A DNA stretch of 64,000 bases from Pristiophorus japonicus (taxonomy: Eukaryota). Both the position numbers and the translations under genes were made by a program. The notes under the pieces are model-generated. The model was not told where the DNA came from and did not search any database. It worked only from the letters and a program-made list of their open reading frames with translations. Below, piece after piece: positions 61,341 through 64,000 of the stretch; position 1 is the first letter of the stretch, and every line of letters starts with the position of its first letter. The stretch is taken from positions 55,862,001 through 55,926,000 of the forward strand of contig NC_091991.1 of assembly GCF_044704955.1 (NCBI RefSeq), in the 5' to 3' direction.

Positions 61341-62414
61341 TGGGCTCAGTCAGTTCCCAGATCCAGCGCAAGACTGTGACCTTGACTGTTGCTACCTTTG
61401 GTTGCATCTATTCTTGGAGGTTATGTCACATGATATTAGGTGCACTCTGCAAATGTTGTTGCATTTAATTAGTGGTTTGGTTTTATTCTTATTCTTGTAG
61501 TGGTTTGATACAACTGCGTAGCTTGCTAGGGCAGTTAAGAGCCAAACATCTTTGTGTGGGTCTGGAGTCACGTATAGGCCAGACTGGGTAGACAACAGGC
61601 ATCCTTTCCTAAAGGACATTGGGGCTTGATAACTGCTCTCCCAAATTTACACTATAAGTTGCAGGGAGACCAGTAGCAAATTGCATGCTGCGGGATGTTA
61701 ATGCACAGGTTGGTCTTGAGAAATTAGTCACTGTTTATGCATAATCTGATTGTGTCATGTCAGCCCATTACATCATGAGGAGACAGGCAGAAGGTAAAAA
61801 AGACACTACACACATAATAAATAAGTATAAATGCATTAGCAGCATTGAGCTTATATTACTGAGTCCAAATGAATTTAGAGCACTTGTTGCACCTTCCCTT
61901 TTGAAAGTGCAGTCACATGAACTTTCAATAGACTTTACACATGGCTCAAGTTTGGGTCGTCGCAGGCGCAGAAGTACTTTTCTCCCTGTTCGACAGCAGC
62001 ATTGCCTGGGAAATCAATCGTCCTTTCCGGGAAACTCCCGGACAATCAGGAAGGGTTGGCAATTAGTGATGAGATTGCTCTCCTTTATGAGGGATCTGTT
62101 ATCTGAGTTTATATGCTCACCTGATAGTTACCAGGGGCTCCTGCAGACCACTCCAGGCACCTGACACGCAGAGTCAGTCGTAACTTTGTTTAGGAAAACA
62201 CAAACTCAAACCTTCCAACTCAATTCTAATTTCTCAACAGTCACCCACATTTTTAAAATTTAGATATACCTAATAAAATGGCCTTTACTATTATATTAAC
62301 TTAACTGGTACTTTAAATTAAACAAAGTACATGAAACCACTCAAGCTGTCAGGGAACCAAAAGCAGCTCACGAATCCCTCGAATATTTATCTATTTACCT
62401 TTAAGTGTCAGATT

Positions 62415-62668
62415 GGCTCAGTTGACAGGTCCCAGAGTCCGAAGGTTGTGGGTTCAAGCCCTACTCCTGGACTTGAGCACATAAATCTAGGTCGACACAT
62501 CAATACTGAGGGAGTGCTGCACTGAAATATTGAATTCCTATTTAGGTTGATGTAAAAGATCCCATGGCATTATTTGAAGAGCAGGAAATTCTCTTGATGT
62601 CTTGGCCAACATTCATCTCCCCCCCCCCAACCAACACCATCAAATACAGATTAATTGGTTATTCATCT
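62415..62668 (+). mobile_element. Deu-domain SINE interrupted by a Gypsy LTR
   Basis: tggctcagttg...gggttcaagccc...gtaaaagatcccatggc. Confidence 0.75.
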
Positions 62669-64000
62669 TATTGTGTATGGAGAAAGAGTCAGACTGAACA
62701 CTGTGAGCTCAAAGTAAAGTGTGACCGTATTCCTTTATTGCAGGTCTCCAGAGTGCCTCTCCAACCTGTGAGGCCTCCTTAATTACCTGTGCTCCCAAGG
62801 GATTATGGGATTATGAGTAAATACAAGTTTACAGAAATAACAACACTTCCCCCCCCCCCCCCCCCCCAGTCAATAGTGTAACTATTTACAATGTGAGTCG
62901 ATCTGGAGCCCTTCTTGTCCTGGTTGATCGTCTTGGTGTAAAAGCTGGTATTGGTGAATCATTTGTTGGGCCCTGGCTGGGCTGCTGTGCAGCTGGCCTT
63001 GCTGGGCTGCCTGGTGTGTTGGGTCCTGCTGGGCTGCTGTGGATGATGGGTTCTGCTTCGTGGTCAACCATGGTGCCAGTTGCCACTGGTGTGTATGTTG
63101 GGGGATCAAAAAAGGTAGGATCCAAGGTGGGTTGCTCAAGATAGTCCGTAAATCTGAGTTTGATTTGGTTCAAGTGTTTCCGGTTAATGAGTCCATTTGA
63201 AAGTTTGACCCGAAACACCCTGCTCCCCTCCTTGGCCACGACAGTGCCGGGAAGCCACTTGGGACCTTGTCCATAATTCAATACAAATACAGGATCATTG
63301 ATTTCAATCGCGCGTGACACATTTGCGCTATCGTGTTATGCACTTTGTTGAAGCCGCCTGCTCGCTACCTGTTCACGTAGATCTGGGTGAATTAACGAGA
63401 GCCTTGTCTTAAGTGCTCTTTTCATGAGCAGTTCAGCAGATGGGATCTCAGTGAGCGAGTGGCGTCTCGTGCGGTAGCTAAGCAGGACTCGAGATAGGCG
63501 AGTCTGCAGTGAGCCTTCAGTTACCCTCTTCAAGCCTTGCTTGATGGTTTGCACTGCTCTCTATGCCTGACCATTGCACGCTGGTTTAAACGGGGCAGAT
63601 GTGACATGTTTGATCCCGTTACGGGTCACGAATTCTTTGAACTCAGCACTGGTAAAACATGGCCCGTTGTCGTTCACCAGGACATCGGGTAAGCCGTGAG
63701 TGGCAAACATGGCCCGCATACTTTCAGTAGTGGCAGCGGACGTGCTAGCCGACATTATCTCACATTCAATCCACTTGGAGTACGCATTCACAACCACAAG
63801 GAACATTTAATCCAAGAACGGGCCTGCATAGTCGACGTGTACCCTAGACCATGGTTTGGAGGGCCAAGACCATAAACTTAGCGGCGCCTCCCTGGATACA
63901 TTGCTTAACTGCGAGTATGTATTACATCTGTGAACGTAGGACTCTTAAGTCCGCATCGATACCGGGCCACCACACATGGCATCTGGCTTTCATCATTACG
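62669..64000 (-). mobile_element. Gypsy 3' end (integrase + internally deleted 3' LTR ~62669-62842), running off the window
   Basis: AYSKWIE...[18 protein letters not shown]; poly-C (PPT on minus strand); LTR related to 53789-54000. Confidence 0.88.

Overview
Eukaryotic vertebrate genomic DNA, most likely a cartilaginous fish (inferred from the repeat content: Deu-domain SacSINE1-like SINEs, HER1-like CR1 LINEs, RTE, Penelope, Gypsy). Two intact spliced genes sit tail-to-tail. PRDM4 is on + (CpG promoter ~11.2-11.6 kb, two predicted leader exons, 10 coding exons 14474-35442, 789 aa, zinc knuckle + PR/SET domain + C2H2 array). NDUFB2, the complex I AGGG subunit, is on - (3 coding exons 56383-44102, 102 aa, plus a non-coding last exon near 38.6-38.7 kb). 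Most remaining sequence is decayed, often nested transposons, and most ORF-track entries are TE fragments or shadow frames. I see no prokaryote-style system (no CRISPR, no operon). The most notable observations are a uORF arrangement in the predicted PRDM4 leader, CTCF-consensus motifs in two Gypsy LTR families, a repeated internally deleted RTE derivative, and a multi-layer TE nest in NDUFB2 intron 1. All family assignments come from by-eye motif recognition; no database search was run.
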